Position numbers and translations under genes: made by a program
Notes under the pieces: generated by a model
Told to the model about the DNA's origin: nothing
Database searches by the model: none
What the model saw: the letters and a program-made list of their open reading frames with translations, nothing else
DNA from: Mobula hypostoma
Lineage: Eukaryota
Reading direction: 5' to 3'
Assembly: GCF_963921235.1 (NCBI RefSeq)
Contig: NC_086108.1
Span: 101,186,001-101,250,000 of the forward strand
Length of the DNA: 64,000 bases
Part shown: piece after piece, positions 1 to 14,283 of the stretch
How positions within the stretch are numbered: position 1 is the first letter of the stretch
Layout: the number at the start of each line of letters is the position of its first letter

Positions 1-539
1 CTTGCAATGGTGGATCTCTGGAGAGAGTTGTTGCCATCTTCTATCTATAAACCTCTGCTTTTATATCCATCCCTTACTAGTTCAAATGTTGTCCTTCAGT
101 ATTACTGGCTATGGGTCATTTGACTGACCTTCAACACCTTCTTATTAGCTCTGGTCCAGAAGAGACAACTGTTAATTTATGGTTCTTTGTTTAAACTCAG
201 TTATTAAACCATCAACCAACTCGTATCTCTCAGGTCAGAGACAGACCTCAACGTTCACAAACCCACATGTTATATCAAACCAAAGAAAACTTCACAAATA
301 GCTCCTTATTTGGAAATTACCTCTAGTCCAGCAGATTACCTGGAGCACTTTAATACACTGATTAAGCCAAACAACTTAATTCAAAAACTGAAGGATCTAG
401 AGCAGTTCCCAAAATGGCAGCCTCCATTCATTTGGCTTCATGGCAAGAACAAAGACAATCGGTTTGATTGCTTTCACTGTCCTCGACCCAATGGACTTCG
501 ACATTTTCTTTCATATTTTAATTCCACCATGGCCAACAG

Positions 540-1125
540 TTGTAGATGGTTGCCTGTGACTAGTGGTGTGCCACAGGTATCAGTGCTGGTTCTGTAGTTG
601 TTTGGCATCTATATCAATGATCTGGATAATAATAAGTCCAGAAGACATAGGAGCAGAATTAGTCCATTTGGCCCATCAAATCTGCTCTACCATTCAATCA
701 GGGCTGATCCTTCCCACCCCCCCCCAGCCGCATTTCCCAGCCTTCTCCCCGTAATCTTTGATTCCGTGTCCAATCAAGAACCTGTCAATCTGCTGCTTTA
801 AACACACTCAACCACCTGACCTCCATAGCTGCCTGTGGTAACAAATTCCACAAATTCACCACCTTCTGGCTGAAGAAATTTCTCTGCATCTCCGTTTTAA
901 ATGGATGCCCCTCTATTCTGAAGTTGTGCTATCTTGTCCTATTCTCCCCCCACCATGGGAAACATCCTTTCCACATACACTCTGACTAAGCCTTTCAACA
1001 TTCAAAAGCTTTCAATGAGATCCCACTTTATCCTTCTAAATTCCTGTGGGTACAGACCCAGAGCTATCAAATGTTCCTAATGTGATTACCCTTTCATTCC
1101 CGGAATCATCCTAGTGAACTTCCTG
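540..1125. mobile_element. CR1 LINE fragments (short + strand RT piece and a - strand 3' end)
   Basis: PVTSGVPQ..VL / IYINDLD motif at 555-630, followed by an antisense CR1 3' region similar to the copies at 14284 and 17035. Confidence 0.8.
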
Positions 1126-2368
1126 AAACCCCTTTTTACCGGGCATCTCTAGAGATCAGGCTTGTTTATCCTTCACTAACAGCCACAGGACTCAGCGGTG
1201 GGAAAGCCCCCTTTCACAGATTCTGTACATCTGGAGTCGATATGACTTGGTTCCCACCAAAACCGGCAAGTTGGGATGTCTCGCCCACCCGAACCATGAT
1301 TTGTGTTTGCAATTGCCTGTTGGCAAGAAATAACAGATCGTACATTGCATATAATTATAAAGAACATATTGTATATTTATAAATGGTAACTTAATAAAAC
1401 TGTTTTTAAAGAAGAAAGAAAAAAGGGAAAAAAACAAAAGGGCCCATCATAACTTAAACAGTCAAATGTACAAACCTTTCAAGAGCTGATGTGTCCGATG
1501 TACTCACAGCTCCAACTCCTATTCACCAATCACTGGTAGGATTTCTCCTCTGAGACTCCATTGAGTTGCACGTTCCCGTTGTATCAAATCCTATAGCCAG
1601 ATCTCTTGACCTTCTTCTTTCTCCATATCTAATCGAAAGGACCTCAGTGTCCATCACAAAACATCTCTGCCCAACATTCCCTAGAACCTTTCCCAATTTC
1701 ACCATCGTGATTGGATGACACAGCATTCCTAAGCATAAGCATCACAACCCCTTATCTTTAACGCTTAACTCAAGCACTACCAGTAGAGCACACTGCTTCT
1801 ACAGAAATCCATTAAATGAAAAATCCTACAGCATCAGCAGTAAAATCTTAACTAGGGCATTACACCCTCCCCCCACCAAAAATTGTCATGTCATCGTGAA
1901 TTTGAAATTTACCAACCCATCATTAATAACAGTTTTTAAAAGAATTTTGTGATGTCATGCTCTCCAATCCATTTCTAAATGGTGGTGACATATCTCACTA
2001 GGGGGATAGACACAACACTCTGTTCCCCTGGTGCGTCATAGGCCAGCCTATCTGGGGATTTCCTGACTCTTTGTGACCTCTTTACCCCAACCTCTGCTTC
2101 TTCTATCTCAGATGCTCCTTGGGATCTTTCCTGTCTACTTGGAGGCCTCACCCTGACCATACTCGTGCCTTCTGGCAACTCAGGTCCCCTGCCACTTAAC
2201 TGAACTCAGATTCATTCTCAATTACTTTGGAGCCCAGTTTCCCTTCACTGTCCAGCTGTAAGTCTGCCTGTTGACCGCTAGATCCCCCCCACCCGCACTC
2301 CATCCAAGTCAGCATGAGGATTTTTGGGAATTTCTTCATCAATTATTGGAGAATTGCATAAGCTAACA

Positions 2369-2772
2369 TATATAGTCATAGTCATACTTTATTGATCCCG
2401 GGGGAAATTGGTTTTCATTACAGTTGCACCATAAATAATAAACAGCAATAGAACCATAAATAGTTAAATAGTAATATGTAAATTATGAAATAAGTCCAGG
2501 ACCAGCCTATTGACTCAGGGTGTCTGACCCTCAAAGGGAGGAGTTGTAAAGTTTGATGGCCACAGGCAGGAATGACTTCCTATGACGCTCTGTGCTGCAT
2601 CTCGGTGGAATGAGTCTCTGGCTGAATGTACTCCTGTGCCCACCCAGTACATTATGTAGTGGATGGGAGACATTGTCCAAGATGGCATGCAACTTAGACA
2701 GCATCCTCTTTTCAGACACCACCGTGAGAGAGTCCAGTTCCATCCCCACAACATCACTGGCCTTACGAATGA
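2369..2772 (-). mobile_element. Rex1/Babar LINE 3' fragment
   Basis: ORF ...PPRCSTERHRKSFLPVAIKLYNSS with a (TATGAC)n tail. Near-identical to the 3' part of 19375-20253. Confidence 0.85.
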
Positions 2773-2974
2773 ACGAATGGTCTTACTGGCCTTATCACAC
2801 CCCCATTTCCGCATCCTTTGAGTCCGTACAGCATTCAGTTCTTAAGTTCCCTTCAGGTCTCTCCACTGCTTGTCTCTCTGTTCTCCCACTTCAGCGCAGT
2901 GTCCTCCTACGAGGTGTAGGGTCTATGTCAGGCTCTGGATCAACATGTATCTCCTGTCCTAGAGGTAAAAGGTA

Positions 2975-4781
2975 GTTCCGATGGAGAGCTTCGCGGGCGT
3001 TTGGCCATTGCAAATGCCCTATCAGCAGCACTGGATGTTGGAGTCCTGGGAGATCCAGAGTCTCCCAGAGAACTACATCTGCGTGAAGTGTATCCGGCTG
3101 CAGCTCCTTGAAGACCGTGTTAGGGATCTGGAGCAGCAGCTGGATGACCTTCGGCTTGTATGGGAGAGTGAGGAGATAATTGATCAGAGATACAGAGAAG
3201 TAGTCACCCCAAAGTTGCAGGGGGTGAATAGCTGGGTGACTGTCAGGAGGAATAGAAATGTAAATAGGCAGTCAGAGCAGAACACACCTCTGGCCATTTC
3301 CCTCAGAAAATAAGTATATCGCTTTGGATACTTTTGTGGGGGATGGCCTCCCAGGTCACGGGGACCGGGTTACATGGGTCCGTGGTGCAGAAGGGAAGGA
3401 GAGAGAAGAAGGGAGTGGTAGTGATAGGGGACTCAATAGTGAGGGGAACAGACAGGCGATTCTATGGACGTGAATGGGACACCAGGATGGCATGTTGCCT
3501 CCCAGGTGCCAAGGTCAGGGACATCTCAGATCGCGTCTTCAACATTTTGAAGAGGGAGGGAGAGCAGCCAGATGGATTGGTACATATTGGTACCAATGAC
3601 ATAGGAAGGAAAAGCAAAGTGGTCCTGAAAAGAGATTTTAGAGAGCTAGTTAGAAAGCTGAGAAGCAGTACCTCAAGGGTAGTAATTTCTGGATTGCTGC
3701 CTTTGCCACCCACCAGAGAGGGCAGAAAGAGGATGATCTGGCTGATAAATGCGTGGTTGAGAAGCTGGTGCAGGGGGCAGGGCTTCAGGTTCTTGGATCA
3801 TTGGGATCTCTTCTGGGGAAGGCATAACCTGCGCAAAAGGGATGGGTTGCACCTGGACCCAAGGGGGACCAATATTCATGTGGGTAGGTTTGTTAGATCT
3901 GTTGGGGAGGCTTTAAACTAATTTGGCAGGGGCATGGGAACTGAAGTGAAGGGACTCAGGAAAGGACGGATGGTAAAGAAGTAAAGATAGCGTGCAGTCA
4001 GACTGTCAAGAAGGGCAGGCAACTGGTGGGGCACAGTCGCAGCCAACAATGTGAGTATCAGTATATTAGGATGCAAAATCAAAAAGGGTAGCAAATATAG
4101 TACTCAAGGTATTGTAACTCAGTGCACAGACTATAAGAAATAAGGCACATTATTACAGATTGTCATGTATAATGTTGTGGCTATCACTGAATCATGGCTG
4201 AAGGATGGTTGTAGTTGGGAGCTGAATGTCCAAGGTTACACATTGTATTGGACGGATAGGAAGGTAGGCAGAGGGGGAGGCATGGCTCTACTGGTAAAGA
4301 ATGGCATCAGATCAGTAGAAAGATGTGACATAGGATCGGAAGATGTTGAATCCTTGTGGGTTGAGTTACGGAACTGCAAGGGTAAAAGGACGTTGATGTC
4401 AGTTATATACAGGCCTCCCAACAGTGGCTAGGAGGTAGACCACAGATTACAACAGGATATAGAAAAGACGAGTTAAAAGGGCAATGTTATGATAGTCATG
4501 GGAGATTTTAACATGCAGGTCAATAATGGATCTCAAGAGAGTGAGTTTGTTGAATGCCTAAGAGATGGCTTTTTAGAGCAGTTGGTCGTTGAGCTTACTA
4601 GGGGATCAGCTATACTGGATTGGGGGTTATGTAATGAACCAGAGGTGATTAGGGAGCTTAAGGTAAAAGAACCCTTAGGAACCAGTGACCACAGTATGAT
4701 TGCATTCAACTTGTAATTGGATTGGGAGAAAGTAAAGTCTGATGCAGCAGTATTTCAGTGCAGTAAGGGAAATTACAGTGG
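2975..4781 (+). mobile_element. CR1 LINE 5' part: ORF1 (Zn-finger/coiled-coil plus SGNH/GDSL esterase) and ORF2 endonuclease, degenerate
   Basis: CVKCIRLQLLEDRVRDLEQQL; VIGDSIVRG, HIGTND and DGLHL esterase blocks; AITESWL, YRPP, GDFN and SDH endonuclease motifs interrupted by stops. Confidence 0.88.
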
Positions 4782-5589
4782 TGTTAAAGTCGAATCTGAA
4801 TAAAACTCGGGAGACCAACTTCTTATAGTTACAACAATTTATTGTACACCCTCCTGCAGGAGTTTGAGACCCAGATGTCACGTAAGTACTGCCACCATCT
4901 GACGAGTGGACCCACTTAGTCAGGTTACAGCCGTATATTTACAATAGTAAGTCCCATACATTACAGTTGTATGGGGTGTCTAGGGAGGGGTAGCACCTCT
5001 GGTGGGGGGGTGGCCTGCTGTGCCCTTTTTCAGGGCAGCTTGTCCACCTTTGGTCCCCACCTGGCGCTCAGCTCTCACCTGTGGCACAAGTAGCTGTAAC
5101 ACGCGTAGCGGCCACACCCCGGTAAACCGTCTCGGCAGACGGCCAAACCAGGTGAGGGTAGCCAACGGGTCTTCGGCCCTCGGTGAGGTAGGGGATCTTC
5201 CTTTCCCAGCGTGTGAAGTCTGGCCATGGCGGATTGAGCGGAAGAGACCAATTAATGGTCCAACCATCAAGGAGGCAGGCCATCAGGCGTTGTGGAGCGC
5301 TAAGAGCACGACAAGGCACTTAGACATCCTGGTCATCCACTGCAAGAGGTGGTGATCTCTTTAAACTCACCCGGCAGAAGGCAACCTCTCCAATCACCGT
5401 GACTGGGAACTTCTGTCCCTCGAGGGGTGCATAATATTGGCTTTCCTCAGTGGCGCTCCCCGTAAGGTCATAGCGCAGGGTCACATGGGGGTCGACCACT
5501 GGCAGAGGGGGTTCAAGCGAAGTGGAGTCCAGATTAAGTGCCCACCACTGGGGTGGTCGGAAACTGGGGAAGCTGTCGGTTGTTCTCTA

Positions 5590-5890
5590 GTCCCAGGGTG
5601 ATACCCTTGTCTGTGCATAGAATCTCGACTTCCAACGGACAGAGCAAGTCTTTTCCTGCTAGATTACACTCCAGACTGGTGGTGACTCACACTAGTTCCC
5701 CTGGAACTCCACCTGCAGTGGCTGGATACGAAAATACGTACGTTCCGTGCCTTTGAACCCGGACAGAGTGATTGTAGCATCCGATAGCTGGAATCCCTGT
5801 TCTGAAACTATTTCCTGATCAAGAGTGGATGTGGTTGCCCCTGTATCAATCATGAACGGAATTGGAATTCCAGCAACTTGCAATGGAGTT
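5590..5890 (-). pseudogene. Retrovirus-like aspartic protease fragment (LTR/ERV remnant)
   Basis: PLQVAGIPIPFMIDTGATTSTL, then after a frameshift CNLAGKDLLCPL (cf. NLLGRDLL). A possible TG..CA-bounded LTR lies at 4782-4965. Confidence 0.6.
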
Positions 5891-6034
5891 GGCCTGCGGG
5901 CAAGTCTTGCCAGTTTCCCATGGTGCTGGAGGCTTGTTTCGTCAGGGTGTAGGCAAGGATTGCATATAGATTGCAAAGAGGGAGCCAGTGACCAACAGCG
6001 GGATCTTGCAGATAGCTTACAAGACCACATTATA

Positions 6035-7940
6035 CTCCCCTTAGAAAACATAGAAAATCTACGGCATATTACAGGCCTTTTGGCCCACATTGTTGTACCA
6101 ACCATGTAACCTACTCTAGAAGCTGCCTAGAATTTCCCTACCGCATAGCCCTCTATTTTTCTAAGCTCCATGTACCTATCTAAGAGTCTCTTAAAAGACC
6201 GTATTGTATTGGCCTCTACCACCTTGGCTGGCAGTGCATCCCACGCACCCACCACTCTGTGTGAAAAATTTACCTCTGACATCCTCCTTCTACCTTCTTC
6301 CAAGTACCTTAAAACTATGCCCCTTCGTGTTAGCCATTTCAGCCCTGGGAAAAATTCTCTGACTATCCACTGATCAGGGCCTCTCGTCATCTTATACACC
6401 TCTATCAGGTCACCTCTCATCCTCTGTCGCTCCAAGGACAAAAGACCAAGTTCACTCAACCTATTCTCATAAGGCATGCTCTCTAACCCAGGCAACACCT
6501 TTGTAAATCTCTTCCGCACTCTCTCTATAGCATCCATATCCTTCCTGTAATGAGATGACCAGTTCTGAACACAGTGCTCCAAGTGGGGTCTAACTAAGGT
6601 CTTATATAGCTGTAACATTACCTCACAGCTCAAGCTCAATCCCACGACTGAAGGCCCACACACCATACGCCTTCTTAACAACACTGTCAACTTGTGCAGC
6701 AGCTTTGACTGTCATACGGACACAGAGCCCAAGATCTCACTGATACTCCAAACTCCAAGACACTTATCATCATCATGGTTAGCACATTGGCTGATTGGTA
6801 AGAAGCATCGAGTGGGAATAACAGGATCCTTTTCTGGTTGGCTGCTAGTGAGTAGTAGTGTTCCGCGGGGGTTGGTGTTGGGACCACATCTTCTTATGCT
6901 GTATATAAATGATTTAGATGCTGGAATAGATAGCTTTGTTACCAAGTTTGCAGATGATACGAAGAGTGGTGGAGGGGCAGGTAGCGTTGAGGAAAGAGCT
7001 AGGATGCAGAAGGATTTAGACAGATTATGAGATTGGGCAAGGAAGTGGCAAATGAAATGCAATGTTGGAAAATGCATGGTCATGCACTTTGGTAGTAGAA
7101 ATAAGTGTGCATATGATTTTCTAAACGGGGAGAAAATCCGAAACTCTGAGATGTAGAAGGAGTTGGGAGTCCTTGTGCAGAACACCCTGACAGTTAACTT
7201 GCAGGTTGAGTCAGTGGTGAGGAAGGCAAATGCCATGTTAGCATTCACTTCAAGAGGTCTAGAATACAAGAGCAAGGATGTGATGCTGAGGCTTTATAAG
7301 ACAGTGGTGAGGCCTCACCTTGAGTATTGTGAACAGTTTTAGACCATAAGATCATAAGACAAAGGAGCAGAAGTCAGCCATTCGGCCCATCAAGTCTGCT
7401 CTGCCATTTTGTCATGAGCTGATCCATTCTCCCATTTAGTCCCACTCCCCCGCCTTCTCACCATAACCTTTGATGCCCCTCATCTTGATGTGCTGGCATT
7501 GGTAAGTGTCCAAAGGAGGTTTACAAGGATGATTCCAGGCATGAAAGGGTTATCATATGAGAAACGTTTGATGGCTCTGGGTCTGTACTCGCTGGAACTC
7601 AGAAGGATGAGGGGGGATCTCATTGAAACCTTTTGAATGTTGAAAGGCCTAGACAGAGTAGATGTGGTAACGAGAGTCTAGGACAAGAGAGCACAGCCTC
7701 AGGATAGAGGGGCGCCCTTTCAAATGCGGAGAAATTTCTTTAGCCAGGGTGTGATGAATTTGTAAAATTTGTTGCCACATGCAGCTGTGCAGGCCAGGTC
7801 GTTGGGTGTATTTAAGGCAAAGATTGATAGGTGTTTGATTGGACATGGCATCAAAGGTTACGGGGAGAAAGTCGGGAAATGGGGTTGAGGAGGAGTAAAC
7901 AAAGGATCAGCCATAAATGGCCTAATTCTGTTCCCATGTC
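6035..7940. mobile_element. Cluster of CR1 LINE RT/3' fragments (- strand 6035-6760; + strand 6765-7940 with a nested - strand 3' end at about 7341-7478)
   Basis: YKTLVRPHLE..VQ.WS, RGDLIEVYK and KFADDTK motifs; (CATAAGAC)n-type 3' tails. Confidence 0.85.
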
Positions 7941-10900
7941 TTAAGGTCTTATATCTGGTATAGTGATCAGTAATAACCAAGACATTCGCAGTGTTGCTGT
8001 AATCAGGCATTTGGAGAGGAAATCCACACATACTAAAGCAAATGGCCCTGCACTCTGTAAATGGGATAAGGGAGTGACCCTCATAGGCAATGTTTTCCTC
8101 TGAATACATCGAATGCATGACTTACAGTACTCTTCAACCCCAGTCTTCATCTGGGGACAGTTGAACCGATCACATACCAATCTTGTCAAACCCTAATTGA
8201 CCTGAGTCATCATGAAGTGACTGCAACACAATCTTCTGAAGCTTCTCAGGTAAAACCAACTGGGAACACCAATGCCTGTCTGGAGGAGTTGTGGCCCTGT
8301 ATAGAACCTGGTTCCTCAGCTCCAGTTTGTTGTATTCTCTCAGCAGTAGGGGTAAGGTCAGGTGTTTCATCTTTTCAACTTGGGCTATATCCCCTTCTGC
8401 AACAGCTGGCCAAACAGTACTTACACAAGGGTCATCTCGCTGCGCTGCTGCCACTTCCCCCAGGACTCAACGTAGACAACTGTTTCATATTTGGAGCAGT
8501 CAACTTTCAGTAAGCTTGTGGAATGGCACAACCAGCAGCTCTATCCTACCCTGGCCTTGCCTCTGATTTCCCTGTGGCAGAAAACCGTAATGTTGCTTTT
8601 ACTCTGGATGCAGGAACACTCTCCCACTCTCCATTCATTTCCAGCCCTTCATGCAAATGTTGGGACAATACATCCACATTGATGTTCTGGCTCCCTGGCC
8701 GGTACTTCAGGCTGAAGTCATAGGCAGACAATGCCACCAACCAGTGATGGCCTGTGGGATCCAATTTCACCAAGGTCAGGATATATCAATGGATTGTTAT
8801 CAGTCCTCACCTCAAATTTGGGCCCAGATAGATAAACACTCAACTTTTCCACCACAGCCCATTTCAATGCTAGAAATTCCAATTTGTACACAGGGTGGTT
8901 TTGCTCAGAGAGTATCAGACTATGGCTGACAAAAATGACAAGTTTCAACCCTGTGCCCTGATCCTGATATAGAACACCCCCTAAACCCTCTTGGTTGGCA
9001 TCTGTATGCAATAAATACAGCAATTGAGGGCTTGCAAAGTCCGACACAGGTGCAATAGTCAGCAGTGCCTTCAGCAACTGGAAGGCCTGTTCATATTTTG
9101 CATCCCATCTTGTTCTGAAAGGCACCGAATCTTCTCCTTTCGTCCTCCTCCCTTTCTTCCTCAAGGGAGGGTAACTGCACAAAAGCTGATTCAAAGGGAG
9201 GCTTACTTTGGAGTAGTCCTTCACAAATCTCCAGTAGTGCCCAGAGAATCCAAGGAATGAGCATAGAACACTCACATTCTTGGGCCTTGGCCATGTGGTT
9301 ACCATTTCTATCTTGGACAGATCTGTAACTACTCCATACCATAAGACTATGTGCCCAACATAGCTGACAGACACCTTGCAGAGCTGGCACTTGCCCAATG
9401 ACAGTTTTAACCCTAGTACATTCAGTAGCCTTGTCTCGTGCTCTTCCAGGGTGGACCCGAACTCTATGAGGTCATCCAGGTACACCAGTACCTCAAGCAA
9501 ATTCAGGTCCTCAACAGTCTTCTCCATGACACTTTGGAAAGTAAGTGGTACTCCTGATATGCCCTGGGGCATTCTTTTAAACTGAAAAAAGTCCAAGTGG
9601 ACATATGAATGTCATCCTCTCTTTCTCAGCTTCACTCAGGGGTATCTTAGGTCTAGCACACTGAACCATTTGGCTCCACTCAGGCAGTGGAACAGTATAT
9701 TGCTCATGGTCTGTATGTCAGTTCAGAGTTCAATAGCCAACACACATTCATACCTTCCCATTCTTCTTCCTCACCACCACTATGGGTGAAGCATTAGGAC
9801 TCCATGTCTCAGTGATAATCCCAGCTTCCTTCATTTTCGGCAGATGCTACCAAACATCCTCTATCTCTGCAGGTGTTAACTGCTGAGGCATTTCTCAGAA
9901 GGGGGTGTCCTCTGTCACTCAGATGGTGTGGCAGGTACTCTTGGAACAACCCACATCAAAATCATCAGTAGAAAAGACATCTTTGAACTTTATCGTCTTC
10001 TCCATCACTCTCCTTTTCCAACCCCCAGGTACTGGGAGTCAACAAAGTTGAATGACTTGGCTGTCAACTTTCCTGATCCAGAATGTTGTTTCCCTCCTAG
10101 CTCTCTCACAGGAAAACTAGACATTACAGTCACTGGAAAAAGATGTGCCATCGGCAACACTCCCCCCAACCCCAAAGGTGACCACTCTCTCCAAGCTGTT
10201 CAACTCTGCAGTTCAGGCCTCACCAGTACCCCAGCAGGTAAGCGAGAGTCTTCATCATGGTCTTTCGGAGCATCCATGAAGAGGGCCTCGGTATCAGGCA
10301 TTCCAGGAAACTTGGTGTTTCCCGTCACTCTAACTACTTCCCCAGGCTGCAACACAACAGATTTGGGCGGGGTGTATCACACAGCTCCTCATCCAGTCCA
10401 GGATGGGCTTGCGCTTTCTCAAAAACAGCTCTGAACACTGGGTGAATGGAGAAGGTTTTCAGAAAGCTGTGTCCAATTCTTTCCTTGCAGTGTCCCCCTG
10501 GCCTCCTCACAATAGGAGAATTTTTTTCCTTCTTAACCGTGTCAGGGCATACCAACACTAACGTATCAAGGACCTCAGCTACTCCAACATCTGCCTTTGA
10601 AAACTCCAGCTTTAATGACAAGTAGCTATAATATGGGTAGTCATCAGTACTAAGGCCCCAGAGCTCTAAGGCACAGAGGAACATCAATGATAAATGCATC
10701 AAATACCGACTGTAGAAAGATCTGTTCAGAAAAGTAACTTGAGAACCTGTGTCAAGTATGGTTCTAGCATAAATACCCTCAATCCATAGGGATACACTGG
10801 AGCTTGGCCCCACTAAACCTTCAGGAATAGGCTTTTGCACTTTAGTGTTTTCCTTGATACATTGCTCAGAACATGTTTCCCCCCAATATGCCAGGCCATT

Positions 10901-10956
10901 CTCTCACTGGGTCTCTCCAAGTTTTCCTGACTTTCCCTTTTGCTTAAGTAACCATT

Positions 10957-13527
10957 CTGCTTAAGCACATGGATTACAGAGCCGAGATCCAGTGAGGCAG
11001 CACCCTCTGCGTCTGAGCAGTCCTGTTTAGGGAGGCATTGCTCACCCTATAATTAGGGAAGGGCCTAGAAAAGGTGGCTCAAACAAAGCCTGCTCACACC
11101 AACCTGGTCAGACTGCCGCAGCTAGTGGGTCGTCCAACTCTAGCGGTAAGAATCACAAGCAAAATCTGATCGTCGCCTCATGGAACATATGAACTCTGTT
11201 GGACAATGCTGACTCAGAGAGATGCACTGCACTTGTTGCTCGTGTAGAGTGGACATTGTGGCTCTCCAGGAGTCCCAACTCACTGGAGAGTGCGCACTTT
11301 GTGAAGAGAAAGGAGGGTACACATTCTTCTGGTCTGGCAGGCCCGAAGAAGAACAAAGAGAAGCTGGTGTGTGATGGCTATCAAGAACTGCCTCGCAGCA
11401 AAGCTACCAACCCTGCCTGTTGCTGTAAATGACTGAATCCAGACTTTGCGTACACCTCTGCAAGGAAAACGCCACCTCAGCATAGTAAACGTTTACGCCC
11501 CAACTCTGACTAATCCCAATGAAGTCAAGGAGGCATTCTACAGTGAGCTGAAAACCACCATCAGTAGTGTGGCAACTTCCGATAAACTGCTGTTGCTGGG
11601 AGACTTTAATGCTCGGGTTGGCAAGGAGTCCACTGTGTGGCCTGGTGTGATTGGATGCCAAGGGGTTGGCAATAGTAACGGTAACAGTCTACTGCTCTTC
11701 TCGATGTGCACAGAATTCAAACTGTGCATTACTAACACACTGTTCAGATTGCCAGACAAGCTCAAATGCACATGGATGCATCCACGATCTAAAAGCTGGC
11801 ATTTCGTTAACTATGTCATCACTCGACAATGAGACATCTCCGACGTTCGTATCACCAGAGTTAAGTGTGGAGCTGAGTGCTCAACTGATCATCAAATGGT
11901 GTGGTCGGATCTATGTCTATTGACATAGATATTTACGTTTGTATGTCTATCGATCAAACCTCTACACAGACTGAATGCTGCCAAACCACCCAAAAAGCTG
12001 AACACCACCAAACTGAAACATCGCAGTGTGCTGATGTCCTGAAATCCTCCATGGAAACTGCTCTAAGCAGACTAGTTGAGAATCCACCAGACGATATTAC
12101 TGAGTACGGGGATGTCTTCACAGAAACGGTCGACAGCGCTGCCCAGGACACCATGGGGAAAGCCAAATGCGAGCATCAGGACTGTTTTGACGAGAGAACC
12201 AATCTGTGCAAGAGCTTCTCAGAGCTAAGGCAGCTGCACACCAGGCTCTTCTTCGACACCCAAACTCAAGTTCCAAAAAACGTGCCTTTTTGAGTGCAAA
12301 ATCAACTTTGCAGAGGCAGCTCAGGGTTATGAAAGACCAGAGGTGGGCAAACAAGGCCAAGGAGTTCCAAGCCTTCGCTGACTGTAATGACTCAAGAAGC
12401 TTCTATGAAGCAATCAAGGTTGTGTATGGTCCATCAAAATGGCACCTCACAACTCCTGAGCAAGGACAGTACATTCATCTTCACTGAGAAGTCAGAGCAC
12501 ATGAAAAGATGGCAAGAACACTTCCACAAGCTGCTGAACAGACCAGGAACCATCACTGATGAAGCACCGGACAGAGTACACCCTTGACCCATACTGTTTG
12601 AGCTAAATGCTCCCCTACTCTTCACGAGGTCATCAAAGCCATCAAACAGCTAAAACCCAACAAAACACCAGGGCCTGACGGTATTGCAGCCAAGATCTAC
12701 CAGTATGGTGGTCACACACTGACATCATGCCTGCACCAGCTGTTCACAAAGTTGTGGGGAGCTGCAGAACTACCACGAGACTTCAAAGACACATCAGTTG
12801 TGATCATCTACATGAACCAGGGAGACAAGAGAGACTACAACAATTACCGTGGCATCTCTCTTCTGTCAGTTGTGGGAAAATGCCTTGCGAAGATCATCCT
12901 TAGGTGCTTGGTGTCCAACATCAGTGAAAACATTCTTCCAGATAGCCAGTGTGGTTTTCGAACAGGCCATAGTACAGTGGACATGATCTTTTCACTGAGG
13001 CAGCTCCAAGAGAAATGTGTTGAGCAGCAGAGAAGTCTCTATGTCACATTTGTTGATCTAACCAAAGCATTTGACACTGTTGGTAGAGGTGGCCTGTGGA
13101 AGCTCCTACCAAAATTCTGTTGCCCCCCCCCCCATGCCTAACCAACATCATCCGTCAGTTACCCGAAGGCATGGAAGGCCGCATCAACATGTGTGGTGGG
13201 TTGTCAGACCCATTTCCCATCAGCAACGGCGTAAAACAGGGTTGTGTTCTGGCTCCTGCTCTGTTTGGACTATTCTTCGCTGCTGTTCTTCAGGATGCCA
13301 CATCAAACCTGAAGTTAGGGGTCTTCCTATAAACGAGGGCTGATGGCGGGCTCCTCGACCTCACAAGACTGAGAGCAAAAACCAAAGTCAGGGACATTAT
13401 GGCGCATGAGCTACAGTTTGCTGATGACTGTGCACTGGTTGCCCACTCTCTCGAAGACATGCAGGAGATCACCAGTCGCTTTGCCAGTGCAGCCAAAAGC
13501 TTTGGACTGACAGTCAGCCTGAAAAAA
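10957..13527 (+). mobile_element. RTE-clade LINE, 3'-truncated, inserted in the decayed Gypsy element
   Basis: Endonuclease NVYAPT...LLGDFNARVG...TWMHPRSK; RT NYRGISLLS, QCGFR, FVDLTKAFD, GVKQGCVLAP, FADDCALVAH. 11-bp TSD AAGTAACCATT at 10946-10956 and 13528-13538. Confidence 0.88.
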
Positions 13528-14283
13528 AAGTAACCATTGGTTCAATCTCTGAAGGTTTTCCCATACTTCACGCTCCCGCTTGAAATGTCTCTCCTCACCA
13601 CAGCTGTAACAGACAAAATTCGAGGGACCCCATTCAATAGCAGCCCTCAACTTAGTACGTCTCATCAGTGGCTTTGGCTCCTGATCAGCTCTGTCATGCT
13701 TGTTGGCAGCATCAGCTGATATCAGCTGAGATACCTCAAATCTAAAATCTTGTACGAAATCATGTAAAGCCCCCGCCTGTGTGACATCAGGGGTCGCTTC
13801 AGCAACAGAGACTACTGCAAAGGACTGTGTCCTGCTGACGGAGGCCTTCCGCTCCTCCATCGCCTTTTCCTTCCCTCTTACTTCTCTGATCAGCTCAACA
13901 AACGAGGGAGGGGGTCGCATACGCAAGGCATTCGGAGGCTTAAAGCAATCAAGTCATGTGACTGTCGTCCATCCTTAATTGATTCACGTCAGCCAGTTGA
14001 GTGGCCCCTTTATACCACAAGCAAAGCAGCTGCCTCTCTAGCCGACAAATGTAGGCAGAAAATTGCTCCCCCTTCTCCTGAAACATGTTCCTAAACCCCG
14101 TCAGAAGCTCCACTGGGCTTCCAGTAATGCCAAAAACACTTTCCAACACGAAAGTTGTAGCCCACGAAAGTGGCGAATGGGTTCTCTGCCTTCAAGGACC
14201 TCACCACCTCAGCAGCTGAACCCTTTAGACTCTCGACCAGATGCTGCCTTTTCACATTATCAGAACACTGCCACTCATACAAC

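Noticed and set aside
3334..3921. SGNH/GDSL esterase ORF as a host or horizontally acquired enzyme gene
   Set aside because: It sits between a CR1 ORF1 N-terminus and a CR1 endonuclease, and a second decayed copy is at 27357-28665. It is the known CR1 ORF1 esterase.
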